This document shows, in pieces, positions 38,718-50,892 of a stretch of DNA of 64,000 nucleotides (positions within the stretch are counted from its first letter, which is position 1; every line of letters begins with the position of its first letter). Source of the DNA: Camelus dromedarius (Eukaryota); NCBI RefSeq assembly GCF_036321535.1, contig NC_087437.1, forward strand, positions 7,378,001 through 7,442,000. Direction: 5' to 3'. The position numbers and the translations under genes were made by a program. The notes under the pieces were generated by a model. The model was not told where the DNA came from. It did no database searches and saw only the letters and a list, made by a program, of their open reading frames with translations.

Positions 38718-38900
38718 GAGTCGGCCTTCCATATCTGCGGGTTCCGTATCTGCGGGTTCCGCATCCTTGGGTTCAACCAACCGCAGATGGAATTCAATCG
38801 CCATTTTATAAAAGACTTGAGCATCGCGGTTATGGTATCCCCAGGTTTTGGTATCTAAGAGTGGTCTTGGAACCAATACCTCAACACTGAGGGTTGACTG
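38718..38900. mobile_element. Tigger (MER2-group) MITE with TA target duplication
   Basis: TA|gagtcggccttccatatc ... ctgagggttgactg|TA; shares 'ccattttat..gacttgagcatc' with MER2. Confidence 0.85.
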
Positions 38901-39944
38901 TACGTGGAATGTAGACTGTTTGAGACAAGCCCACCCTCGGATGTTGGGAGATCAAGCCAATAGGAGAGCTGAGAACACTTTCTGGAGAGCCCCAGAAGTA
39001 AGCTATAGGGAGGAAGGGAGGATTTGGGTCATGGGGTGAAAACAGCCTGGATCTGAAGACCAACTGCACCTTGCTTTTCTGGCCGACCCTGAAAGAGTCC
39101 CTTTACTTTGCCAGACCTCAGTTACTAATTCCTAAAACACCAGCTGCTGCATTTGCTACTTTTTCTAGTAATTCTACAACTATTTCAACCACCATGACCT
39201 GTGGCTGAGAACCTACTAGGTGCCAGGCAAAGTGCTAAACATATCATATGCCTTGTCTTATTAAATACAAAGTGTTGCTACTAATCTAATTTCATGTGTA
39301 AGAAAACTGAAGTTCAAAGATGCTAACTTGTAAATGAATGGGCTTTATAACATGTAAAACACCATACACTGTACATATCATTTTCACTAAGAAACTGTCA
39401 GCTGAGGAGGAGGAACTGGCCTTTCCCTCTTTCTGTTTAATGTTTTTTTTTAATCCCCTTGTGACAAGCTCCAGAGGACAAATAATTTATTTCTTGTGGT
39501 GTATGGCTCTCTAAATGAATTAATTGCTAGGCATCCCATTGTCAGTCTGAAGGATATGGAAATAAAACAGACACGAGATGCTCTGTACCAAACTAATTGG
39601 TACTTTAAACACATAAATAATCATTTTTTTAAAGTAAATGTACATTTACTTTCTCTCCTGCTTCTCTTTGAATCCCCAAACATTTGTTTTTATGGAGTCT
39701 TTGTGCCATCGGTTCAGAAGTTTATTTTTGTTTTTCAATATTAGTAAGTAGAATTAAATGGTAAATATTGCTGGGAGAGGGGGCCAAAAATAGCTCTTTT
39801 AATCCATTCCTATCCCCCGTTCATTCAATGGGGGAAAGGGAGAAAATTGTTTTCTTAATTTCCCATTTTTATTTGTTTGAAAGAGTGAGGAACAATAATT
39901 TTAATAATCATCATAATAATAATATAATAACAAGAATTACTCTC

Positions 39945-41180
39945 ACCTTTTCCGGAGGATGTGGGGCCAAAATTATTTTCATAGTAATACTAAGGTACTA
40001 TAAGCCTTATCACTGTGCTGATACTGGCATTAATTGTGCAAAAGCAATGATGCTTTAGCACAAATTAAGGCCATGAAAAAAAATCGGTACTGATAGTAAT
40101 TGTATTCTTTACCAACTTCAAGTTGCAGGAAAAAAAAAAAAAAACCCAGTTTCATTTAAGAAAGTCCTTGGTGAAGTAGTAAAAATGTTAATTTCATTAC
40201 ATCTCAACCCCTGAGTACAGGTCTTTTTAATATTCTGTGATGAAATGGCAAGAACATTAAAGCCCTTCTGCTGCATATGACAACTGTCACTAAAAAAAAG
40301 CACTTGTGTGATTGTGAGCTGCACTAGCCATTTTTATTCAAGGACCACCATTTTTTTTCCTCAGAGAATGATGGACAAACTGTGGGTGTTCAAAGTTGTA
40401 TCTCCGGCAGATATATTCTTGAAAATAAATGAAGGGAATCGGTGGCTTCAAGGAAAACAAGAGACAGTACTTGGAGCCAATCAAAAAATTCAAGTTTTCA
40501 AACAACAGTGACTTGACAGCTCCCCAAGACTAAGAGACTTTTCTGATGAGACAAATGATGATGTTAATAACTATGATTTTTTTTTTTTTGGTATTCTATA
40601 ACGAAATGTGTCTAAGATTGGACGATCTGCATAGCTTTGGAAAACAATATTTGTCAACACATGACTTTACATAAACACGAATGAGTAAAAGATCCATATG
40701 AAACAAGATAAACCATTGAATTTTAACTCAATGGAATACAAAACATTGAGTTCTGATTCCAGATTGCAGCTAACCTTTAAAAAACTACAACTTGTTGAAT
40801 ATCAGGTAATATCAAAGGAAACTAGCTGCAATTACATGAAAAGTCCATTAAAATACTTCTCTCCCCTTCAGCCACATTTCTGTGGGGGTCAGGACTCTCT
40901 TCATATATATGTCAACCAAAGATTGAATATAGAAGCAAGTATGAGAATCCAACAGCCCTCTAGAAAATACAATTATTTTTATAATATATTACTTTTATCA
41001 ATATGTAAGTTTATTATTGTTATTTTAAATCAATTAATATATAGACATTTATAATTTTTTTCAGTTTTAATCTCCTATATGCTAAATAATATATACATTA
41101 TGCCCACATAAACCAGAGATCTTTGGGAAATCTCAATAATTTTTCAGAGTAAAGGGGTGTGAGGGGAAAAAAAAGTTCTA
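39945..41180 (+). mobile_element. Charlie1-type hAT DNA transposon (internally deleted)
   Basis: 'caaaattattttcatagtaatactaag..tcactgtgctga..gcaaaagcaatg..catttaagaa..cccacataaac..tctttgg..ctcaataattttt..gtaaagggg'. Confidence 0.85.
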
Positions 41181-41607
41181 AGGAAATAAATAATTGTATG
41201 AACCACCCTTGGGTGTGTAAATTGGTTCAGCCTTTCTGTAGGGCAATTTTTTATTATCAAAGCTATTAAAATGTAGGTAACTTTGACCAAAAATGTCCTC
41301 ATATAGTAGTATATTCTTACCAAAGAATTGTATATTGGTTCAGACATTGATTTATTAGAATTTTCATCATAATACATTAAGACCAAAAAACACCTGTAAA
41401 TGTCCAGGGGATTGGCAAATAAATTTCAGTATCCCCTTAAGATGGAGTATTATGCAGCCATTAAAAACATGTTGAAATATGTAAAAGAATAATTGATGAC
41501 ATTGAAAATGTTAATAGTATATTAAATTTAGAAATATACTAAATTATTACTAATACAACTAAATGCTTTAGGCTTTTCCCTTTCCCAAAGCCCAGCCTCT
41601 AATCATT

Positions 41608-41740
41608 AGAGTGACCAAATAATGAATTGTTGCTCAAATCAGGACATTTTGAAATTGAAAGAAGATGTTATTAATAACACACTGGAATGATAAGTTTAAA
41701 CCTGGACCATGGGGAAGAAAACAAGATACAGGTTTTCCTA
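41608..41740 (+). mobile_element. MER94-like hAT-Blackjack MITE
   Basis: 'tagagtgaccaaataat..caggacatttt..ttattaataa..ggttttccta'. Confidence 0.6.
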
Positions 41741-42064
41741 CCAGTATGTGACCCTTCCCCACTTCCTTCCTGTGGGAAACACAGTTCTGTCTCCTTAGCT
41801 TTGAAAGCTTCCCTGACTGGACTGATGGACTTTACCCAGGACCCCAGGGTATTCTGAAGAGTCCATTTTTCTCTAACTCATTATACTTGTTTGATTTTTT
41901 AACCTATTATCAATGGGTTACCTCTCCCTAACTGTTTATGTTTCCCACAACACTTTTGTATTTTAAAGCAGAGCACAGTTAACCTCAATATAATCACTTA
42001 TGTACACATTATCTTTCCCACTAAACAGTAAGCTCCTTTGGGACAAAGACCACATCAAGTCCAT

Positions 42065-42862
42065 TATAGCAAAATGTTCCAGTTGTCTCCCAATATCTGT
42101 TTTCTCTTTTTTCTAACCTACTAGAGCCTTAAGTTTTAGCTAAGCACATAGTCACCCAGAATTAAAACCATATTTCTCAGCCAACTGCCTTTGTAGCAGT
42201 TGAGTAATAATGTGATATAGATGTATACAATGAAATAGGAGTGCTGGTTATACATGTACTTTCTGGGCATTCCTTCCCCTTTGCCAATTCATATTCTTGC
42301 TAGATAGCATATGAATATGATGCTATAGCCAAGAATATTAGTAATCGCCAGTTGTATGTGTGGTCCTCTCCATGTATCGTCCTCCCCTGACAGTAAGTTG
42401 GGACCATGTGACTATCTCTTATTAACAGGATGTGATTGACGCATGAGTCACATCACTTCCAGAAAGAGCCAGTAAAGACCCAATGTGTCTTCTCCTTCTC
42501 CATTCTTTTGCCCCAGTGACCTAGGAGGCCACTAGTTCCAGACATGTAACAACCAGGAGAAGGACCACTGGACCCATATAAGGCAGCTCAGGTTTGGAGC
42601 TAATTTGTTACTGCAGAACAGCCTGGTATTACTTGACTAGAGTAGATAATGAGCCATCTTGGGCCATGTAGTCAAGGTCCACACCTTGAGGGTAACAGAA
42701 CCATAATATCGACAGATTCTGTGTTGCTGACAGGGTGGAGATAATATTCCACCTCTGAACTATTTACTCCTGAGCATGATGTGAGAAATAAATATCTACC
42801 TTGTTTAAGTCACCACTAATTTGGGTCAACTTCATAGCAGTCTAATCCATTCCCAATAATAT
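42065..42862 (+). mobile_element. Nested old MaLR LTRs (MLT1H/J-like) inside an L2 fragment
   Basis: Two LTR-type 3' ends ('tttgttactgcagaacagcctgg..ttgact' ~42640 and 'gaaataaa..ttgtttaagtcaccact..cccaataata' ~42860), with L2-like flanks. Confidence 0.6.
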
Positions 42863-43084
42863 CTTTGCATTTCTCACTGTGTTCTGTATAGTATCTCACT
42901 TATCAGAGATACTCAATTAAACCTTTGGTGAATTGACACTGAACAGATGAGACATGTGTAGGAGGGTCGAAGTATTTGGGTAAAAGTAGATTGAGAGGCA
43001 GTTCCCTAAAGAAGAAAAGCTATTCCAAAAAGTCTGAACTTCTGGACAAACTTTTCTGGCATTTCCTGGCATACCTATTGGGAG

Positions 43085-43440
43085 ACAGAGCCCTAAACCA
43101 GACGTTTCAGAGCATGGAGCTAGTCACACCTACAAATGGGTTTTGTTGGCCTTGCACTGCATTTTTTTAAAAATATGAATCAGTTGCCAATGTTCATAAA
43201 TTGGAAGAGTTTACATGGAAAACCATATTTCTGGCTTCTCTGAGGGGAAAAAAGATCTGTCAAATTAGAGCACACATTCTTATATGGTAACAAGTTGGCT
43301 AAGACTGTGGCTGCCTCTTTTCATCAAGACATGAGTAATCAGTTCATGATGACTATGGCACTGTCTCTCTGACGTAGAGGCTAAGTGTCAGTGACCAGCT
43401 ACACAACAGTGCTTACTTTCTTGCTTTTTAAAAGCTTGGC
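43085..43440 (+). mobile_element. Old hAT-Charlie remnant (MER113-like)
   Basis: 'ttttgttggccttgcac..gaatcagttgccaa..atttctggcttctct..agatctg..atggtaacaagttggct'. Confidence 0.55.
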
Positions 43441-44099
43441 CTGCTTCCATAGGCAGCCTTACAGATAACCGAGACTGAGCGCCTTGCCTAAGACATTGAA
43501 ACACCTGCCTTAGACATTTGCTTTAGGGGTAAGAGCCTAGGGCACAAGGGTTGAACAGCAAGAACAGAACAAAACAGAAGGTGACAACAGAGGAGTACTG
43601 CCAACAGAGGGACCTCAGACAACAAGAATCCTGATGGCAGAAGGCATTCATGTGAGCAGGTGTGATGAGAGGACAATGGTCCCAATAGGCATATGACCAT
43701 CATGGTCGCTGCCTGTTCTCTTAGCCCCACCAAAAGATGAAGTGGCCCCCAGACCCTGAGTCTAATGTAAGAACCAGATGCTATTGTGCTCCTTTGAGCC
43801 CTGCTCCTAGATCTTGATAGAATTCTTGACAACTTGAATGGTGATTGGTGCTTCTCCAAAGACTTGAAAGATGGAGAGGAAAATAGATACTCCATACGTC
43901 TCCCCCCACTCATCTTGGTTTCAATAAGAAATGTGAAGATGGAAGGTGAAATACAAGCAGAGACAAAATGAGGTTGTAAATCAAGCACTTTCTTGCTTTC
44001 CTGGCTGAGAAAAGTCCGCTGAGTGCTTAAGAGAGCAAGAGAAAGAGCAAGATGGGGAGAGGGAGGGAGGGAGAGACTCGTATTGAGACAAAGGGAAAG

Positions 44100-44560
44100 T
44101 TGTATTGTTGTGTTTCAGTTAATCTCTTGCTGTTGGTGGGTGTACAGCCCCAGATGTCAGAGCTAATGCAATATGCATTAGTCCATCACGTTGGGAAATC
44201 TCTAGTCCCTGCAACAAGGAATTAATAAATCTAGTCATTGTGTCACGTCTGTAATGTAGGCTAGGAAAAAAATTGTGTCAATCTTTTGATAAATGTGCAT
44301 GCCCAGATAGCATGTGTTCCTGAGGTCTTCCACGGGGACTGGATCATGCGGTTGCCCAAACAATTCTCTTCCACTGCGCCCTCTGTAGGAGGAGCTGGCA
44401 TGACACAGAATGGTTGTTCATTGAACATGGCATTGGCATCCAATTATATGGTGTACAGAATCAATTCTCTGTGCTTCATTCCTTTTCAAACCCCTCCCCA
44501 GAACACAAGTTCTCTAAGGCAATTAGAAATAATCACCAGCTTGCCAAAATGTTCTTTTTG
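44100..44560. promoter_or_regulatory. Putative conserved non-coding element
   Basis: Unique sequence; ctaatgca-ata-tgcattag palindrome (44163-44181); TGTCA motifs; CTCF-like gcgccctctgtagg (44376-44389). Confidence 0.4.
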
Positions 44561-45230
44561 ATTTTCTAAATATTAAAATCAAAATGTGGTTCAGTTTTAG
44601 CTCTTAAGAGACTCAGTTTTTTGGGTTTGTTTTTTTTTTTTTTTTGATAAAATGAACAACTCAGCAGTTGTCTGCAGCATCAGGACACTATATGTGTACC
44701 CAGATTGACATATGCAATATGCCTTGTGAAACATTTCTGAATTTCTCTTTTGATTTTTCCACAGTATGTTGAAGGGTATGAAATTAAAAATCATCGTCAT
44801 CACTGATTTGTATCTCTTCGGTGTGCTAAATGCTACCCAGAGGTGTGGATGTGGAGAAGTAAAAGAAATCTGAGAAATGGATGGAGTCTGGAAAGGAAGT
44901 GTCTTGAGGACAAAATCATATTGACCACAATTACATCAATTTATGTGCTGCTAGATTTCTGTGTCATTTATGATGATAAGTGGTGTAGGCTTCAGCAAAC
45001 CAATGAAAACAGAAAGCTATGTCCCCGTGTGTACCAAAGCTGATTAATCTCTTAGAGACCAAAGACACAATAATTTGAAGGTGTCATATATCACAATCAA
45101 TGTAAGAATGGACCCGTTGGCAGGACTGTCTCATGCTAGTCAGAAAATCACCATTACATGTTACTATAAATCCATCTTCTGTCATCAGTAAGTTTTGGGA
45201 GCAAAATCCACACACACCCACAGCCTTCTT

Positions 45231-45324
45231 CTTTTTTTTTTTTTTAATGGAGGTACTGGAGGTTGAACCCAGGACCTCGTGCATGCTATGCATATGCTCT
45301 ACCCCTGAGCTATACCCTCACTCC
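45231..45324 (-). mobile_element. tRNA-derived SINE, Vic-1-like (Camelidae)
   Basis: Minus strand: gagggtaTAGCTCAGGGGtagagc..atgcacgaggtcctgGGTTCAACCtccagtacctccatt(A)n. TSD cacccacagccttctt (45215-45230) / cacccctagccttctt (45325-45340). Confidence 0.85.
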
Positions 45325-45571
45325 CACCCCTAGCCTTCTTAACATTAGCTTGATTTCACCTCTTTCTTTCTAGGTTATGGGTCCAGGAAGGCAAAAGACT
45401 TTTATCTTGCATGTCAATGCAGATAGATTTATTTGTAGGACTTCCTAAGGTACTGTGTTGAGGCTCCTTCTAAGTGCAATGCTGAGACTGATCAGCCTTA
45501 TTCAATGTGCATAAGGAAAAAGAGCAGTGCAACACTTTTCTGGGTGTTTGGCAGCCCTCTCCTATACTCTT

Positions 45572-46011
45572 TCTTACTGGAGAGTAGTTTCTTGTTTCCT
45601 TGCAGAAAGAATTCAGAAACAAGACACAGAGGTCAAGAAAGTTGGGTGCCATGGGAAAAGGCAAGAATCTCTGGGGTCTAAAAGTAACAGTTTGCTCATT
45701 ATGCACTCAACGCAGTAGAGTTAGCCTTGCAGATGAGAAGTACCCATCATGCACCGAGGCCATGACACTTTCAATCCAGACTAAATAAGGACAAAGATCC
45801 CTCCCCCTCTCAGGAAGTTGAAGCTGGGATGGAAATCAGGAAATATGACACCAAACCCCTCCCTCTCTAATGAATAATCTGCCTATTCATTTTTACCCTT
45901 TATGTAACCAGCTTGCCAAAGAAACTCAAGGCAGCTACTCACCTGAGTCTGCCCACTCTGTCATCTCTGAATTCTTTCTGCAATGAGATGAGAACGTACT
46001 CTCTGCTAACA
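45572..46011. mobile_element. ERV LTR-derived segment with inverted LTR 3' ends
   Basis: Right end 'ctctgaattctttctgcaatgagatgagaacgtactctctgctaaca' is U5-like; the left end carries its reverse complement. Confidence 0.5.
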
Positions 46012-46492
46012 TCTTCACCTCTCACTTCTAGAGAATCTGCAGTTGACTCCGAGCTACCTCCTTCCTCAGATGCCCTTGGGTGTGTATTATCTCTTTGTAA
46101 ATCAGCAACACTTTCTCAGACAAGGGAGATGGAGCTTAGAAGCATATCAGAAAGACTGACTCCCTTAGGTCAGTCTGGAAAGTTTGGTACCCTTTAGTAT
46201 TCCTGGATAATCACTGTGCCTTATTCAAATTACAAAAATCAACTTCTACAGCATGTAAAGTGAAATAATATTATCTTTAAAAGTAGTCTAAACACGAATG
46301 AATGAAGTAGTCTAAGAGCCTGGAAAAGCATTTTAACTCTAATGTGAAGGCCTGGCTAGAGCTGGAGAAAATGGCGGGAAAGTGGGAAAGGCAAAGAAGT
46401 GAGAGGAGTTGGCTGAATCTCACATGTTAAGTGAAAGGAGCCAATAAAGCATCTGACTTTAAGAGCAAACGGAAAATTTATGATCTGAAAGA

Positions 46493-47022
46493 TACATTAG
46501 TCTGTGTTCTTCAGACAGACAGAACATGTATGTATGTATGTATGTATGTATGTATGTATGTATGTATGTGTGTGTGTGTGTATGGAAAGAGACAGAGACA
46601 GGGAGACAGAAACAGAAATATTATAAGGAATTGGCTCATGCAATTATGCAAACTGAGAAGCCCCACAATCTTCCATCTGCAATATGGAGACCCAGGAAAG
46701 CTAGTGGTGTTGTTCCAGTCCAAGCCTGAAGGCCTGAGAAATGTTGATGTAAGTTCCAGCCCAAAGGTAGTGAAAGATCAATGTCTCAGATCAAGCAGGC
46801 TGGCAGAGATAGCCAATTCTCCCACCTTCTGCCTTTTTGTTCTACTCAGGCCCTCAGCAGACTGGATATTGCCTACCCACACTGGGAGAATACCTTCCTT
46901 TCTCAGTCTGATGCTAATCTCTTCCAGAGACACCCTCACCAACATACCCAGAAATAACAGTCAACAAAATAGCTGGGCATCTCATAACCTAGTCCAGCTT
47001 ACACGTAAGATTAGCCATCACA
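46493..47022 (-). mobile_element. MLT2 (ERVL) solo LTR with internal (TATG)n(TG)n
   Basis: 'attagtctgtgttcttcagacagacagaac..aggaattggctcatgcaattatg..gattagccatcaca'. Confidence 0.85.
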
Positions 47023-47124
47023 CATATTAACGGCATAAACCATAGGCTGCAGACAGGAGACTAGATATGATAGGAGATGCTAAAGACATATTGTTGATTG
47101 ACACCCTGGGAGAAGATGTACAAC

Positions 47125-47660
47125 TGTGGTGGTTTTAAAACATGTCTGAAAATTATCTGACACTCACATTGAAAGGTCAAGTCTAATTCTTTGGCACTGA
47201 ATATGGGAAGGGCTGGTCTTAGTGACTTACTTTCAGAGACTAGCTCAGGACAGAGGATGCAGCCTCGTCTGTCTGTCTGTCTGTCTTTCTCTCTCTCTCT
47301 CAACATGGACCTTTGGAACTCTGAGCCACAAGGTAAGAAGGTATGATGGCGAGATTATGTCAGAAGACTACATAAAGATGGAGAAAGAAGCTGGAGGAGC
47401 CCCGACTGATCAGACCCACTTGACGGAGCCACCAAGCAGCATCAACCTCGGGACACGTGAATGAACAATCCTTCAGGTGTCCTGGCCACTGCTGTCTGAT
47501 TCAAACATGTAGAGACTCCAAGTGACAATTGCCGAGATGAGCTCAGTCAACTCCAGGACCATTAGAGATAAGAATGATGTTAATAATCAACATTGTTGTT
47601 GTTTTAAGCCACTAAGTTTTTGAATGGTCTGTTGCACAATAGTAGGTAACCAGAATTACA
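47125..47660 (+). mobile_element. MLT1F/G-like MaLR solo LTR
   Basis: 'tgtggtggttttaaaacatgtc..ttgttgttttaagccactaagtttt..gtaggtaaccagaa'. Confidence 0.85.
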
Positions 47661-47681
47661 CCTTTAAATCACCTTTTTCCT

Positions 47682-48403
47682 AGGGAACCCGCCTGCACTG
47701 TTGATGGAAATGTAAGTTGGTAGAGCCACTATGGATAGCAGTATGGAGTTTCCTTAAAAAACTAAAAATAGGGTTACCATATGATCCAGATTCCCACTCC
47801 TCAGCATATGTTCAGAGGAAGCTCTAATTCGAAAATACACATGCACCCCAGTGTTCATAGCAGCACTATTTACAATAGCCAAGACGTGGAAGCAACTTAA
47901 ATGTCCACCAACAGATAAATGGATAAAGAAGATTGTTTCATGTACATATGGAATACCATGTGGCCATAAAAAAGAATGAAATAGTTCCATTTGCAGCAAC
48001 ATGGACAGACCTAGAGGTTATCATACTAAGTGAAGTGAGTCAAAGACAAATGCCATATGATGTCACTTATATGTGGTGTCTTAAAAAAAAAAAAAGACAC
48101 AAATAAACTTATTTTAAAAATAGAAACAGACTCACAGACATGAAAAACAAACTTATGGTTACCACAGGGGAAAGTGGTTGGGGGGAAATAAATTAGGAGT
48201 TTGGGATTAGCAGATACAAACTACTATATATAAAATCAATAAACAAAAAGGACCTACTGTAGAGCACAGGGAACTATATTCAATATCTTGTAACAACCTA
48301 CAATGAAAAAGAATATATATTACATTTATGTAGAACTGAATCACTGTGCTATACACCAGAAACTAACACAACATTGTAAATCGACTACACTTCAATTAAA
48401 AAA
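47682..48403 (+). mobile_element. Young 5'-truncated L1 with TSD
   Basis: End of ORF2 + 3'UTR + poly(A). TSD aaatcacctttttcct (47666-47681) / aaatcagctttttcct (48404-48419), preceded by TTT. Confidence 0.93.
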
Positions 48404-49380
48404 AAATCAGCTTTTTCCTGAGTCTCCGTCTCTTCATTAAGGATAGAAATAGGCCACCTGTAAAAGTCTTTACAATTTTAAAATGTAGTGGATTATCTAA
48501 GCTGCAACTGAAGCTGATGTAGCTGGATAATAGTTGAGGTAACTTTGGGGAGTAGATTATCCCCAGTGTGTCTCTTTCTCTTCCTCTCCTTCAAAGCACG
48601 GGGTTCTCTGCCCAAAGTCGCCTCAGAGGAGGAGTGTTACAAGACTGAAACTAGACAATGTCTTGCCTCTCTGTTTCCCAAGCCTTTAGGAAATCATATG
48701 CCTTTTGGAGAGGTGGAATTAAAAAAAAAAGCAAAGTAGCATGCAGGAAGAAGCAGAGGAGCTTGGTAAAAAAATATAGGAGCAGGAGAGGGACACCCCC
48801 TTACACACACACACACACACACACGTATACCCCTAGAAGGAGATTCCTCTGGACTGAGGTTGGGGTGGAGAGAAAGATCTGAAGGTCATGCAAGCGGAGG
48901 GGGCTGTATGCATCTCCTGGGCAGCAGCCTGAGGAAGCAAGAAGTCTCCAGAGAAGATGAGATGTCTGGACACTGGGATTCTGAGAGCCCTTGAGACAGA
49001 GTTCTGTGTCTCAAACATGGCATGGGGCCCCAGAGAATCACCAAGCAGAAGGGACCTACAAATCAAAATTAAAATGAAGAAATTGTGATTTTCCTTGTCT
49101 TCCTGAGTCTGTGAAGGGTGATACATATCCAACCCTGGGAGTTAGAAGTGATCAGATATATCTCAGACATTGATGAGTTAAGCTTCCAGAATTGAGAAGA
49201 TTATTTATTTATTGTTTATTTATTTATTTAGCCCAGTTTGGGAGAAGAAAGAGAGTGTTTTGCCAGAAAGAGTGATGGGAAAATTCATGGGGAATGGGAA
49301 AAGAAAACAAGAGTGTGTCTTGGAAGATGGTCTTCTTTCCAAACGACATAGTTTTATGTGAAAGCAGCAAAGAAAGGAAG

Positions 49381-49382
<2 letters not shown>

Positions 49383-49413
<31 letters not shown>
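49383..49413 (+). repeat. (TG)n microsatellite
   Basis: Directly visible. Confidence 0.95.
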
Positions 49414-49416
<3 letters not shown>

Positions 49417-50439
49417 ATGTTTCGAGACCTGTCAGCATAAGCCACACCAATGCCCGTTTCACAAAGGGCCACCCACTGTGGGGGTGGGGGGCCAAGACTT
49501 TCCCCTTTTATGTGAGTAAACCAACTTTGCTCCAGGAAAGAAGGGAGAAGCAGCGCGTCTGAGGGTCAAGGAGGCACTGGCAGTGGTGACCAGGTGAGGC
49601 ACTACCACCAGAGGCTTCTAGAGCCGTGGACCACAGAAGCAGGAGGGACAAGGGAAAATATCCAGGAAGGACTCTTCAAGTGTTCATGTGAATTTTTCCA
49701 AGCATCTCCAGAAACATTAAACAAGACTTTGAGAGGCTGGAGTTTTTAAGTGGTGTACATGAACACATAATAACAAAGGTATTTTCTATTTGCCCTAAAA
49801 GTGACAGAATACTACCTTTAGAGTGATAAAGTTTTGAAAAACTCAGGTTCCCAAAAAGAAATTTGTTTTGAATCCAGAGTAAGCATTCTAAAACTGTTCT
49901 ATGATCTAATTGACAGTAACTAAGCCTCTGATAGACCACTGTGCAAACCTAATTCTCTGATTCTTGGTAATTGTGAAATTAAGTTTAGCCAGAAAGCTTC
50001 ATTTCCCTCTATTTCTTAAACCATGATCTAAATAAACAGTGCCTTTTAGAATTGATCTCTCTTTCCCACACACACTTACAGAAGTGTGATTGTTTCTCTA
50101 TAGTAGCAATTATCACAATCCGATTTGGGTTAGTCTGTTCTGTTTGTGGCTGACTCCCCATGAGACTGTGAGCTGATGAAGGGCAGTGACCTTGCCCTTC
50201 TCACTGTGAGCCACTCCCAACTCCCCTTGTAGAGCTTTGCCTGTAATATTCATTCATTCATTGAAAACATACATAGAATGCCTGCTTGGGGGCCAGCACT
50301 GTACTCAAAAAATGGCTCAGTGAATGGAAAATAAAAAGCTTCTCATTTGGGGTAATAAAGCTGTCAGAAAAACTAGGATGCTTCTCCAAAATATTTTTTA
50401 CAGGAAAAGAAGTTATAAAAAATCTGTTTGATCACTTTT

Positions 50440-50665
50440 TTTTATTGAGGTATAGTCAGTTGACAATGTTGTGTCAATTTCTGGTGTACAACATAATGCT
50501 TCAATCATACATGAACATACATATATTCAATTTCATATTCTTTTTCACCATAAGCTACTACAAGATATTGAATAGAGTTTCCTGTGCTATGCAGTATAAA
50601 CTTGTTTATCTATTTTATATATATTAGTCAGTATCTGCAAAACCTCATACTGGGAGTTCGAGATT
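50440..50665 (-). mobile_element. Short young L1 with tiny 5' inversion and TSD
   Basis: Minus-strand 3' end to ~50646, then the sense piece 'tgggagttcgagatttg'. TSD tgtttgatcactttt (50425-50439) / tgtctgatcactttt (50666-50680). Confidence 0.85.
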
Positions 50666-50892
50666 TGTCTGATCACTTTTAAATATTTTATTTAGAGGTT
50701 TGCCTCTATGTTCCAAAGAGAGGTGGACCTACAATTTTCAATTTTTGTATTAACTTTGGTATTTATATAAGTGTTATAAAAGACTTGTATATTATGTGGA
50801 AAACACTGCATTTTAAAAATGATCTTCAATAGTTTTTATACCACTGTAATCTATTCTTTTAAGTTTAGTAGAGTTCATCAATAAGTCCATAT

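Noticed and set aside
43488..43988. 166-aa minus-strand ORF
   Set aside because: Non-ATG start, no recognisable domain, no convincing splice sites.
45247..45322. Possible tRNA-Ala gene
   Set aside because: Has a poly(A) tail and TSD and an imperfect stem structure, so it is a tRNA-derived SINE.
46431..47030. 199-aa ORF, the longest in the window
   Set aside because: Lies within an MLT2 LTR and a (TATG)n microsatellite; no protein-like features.
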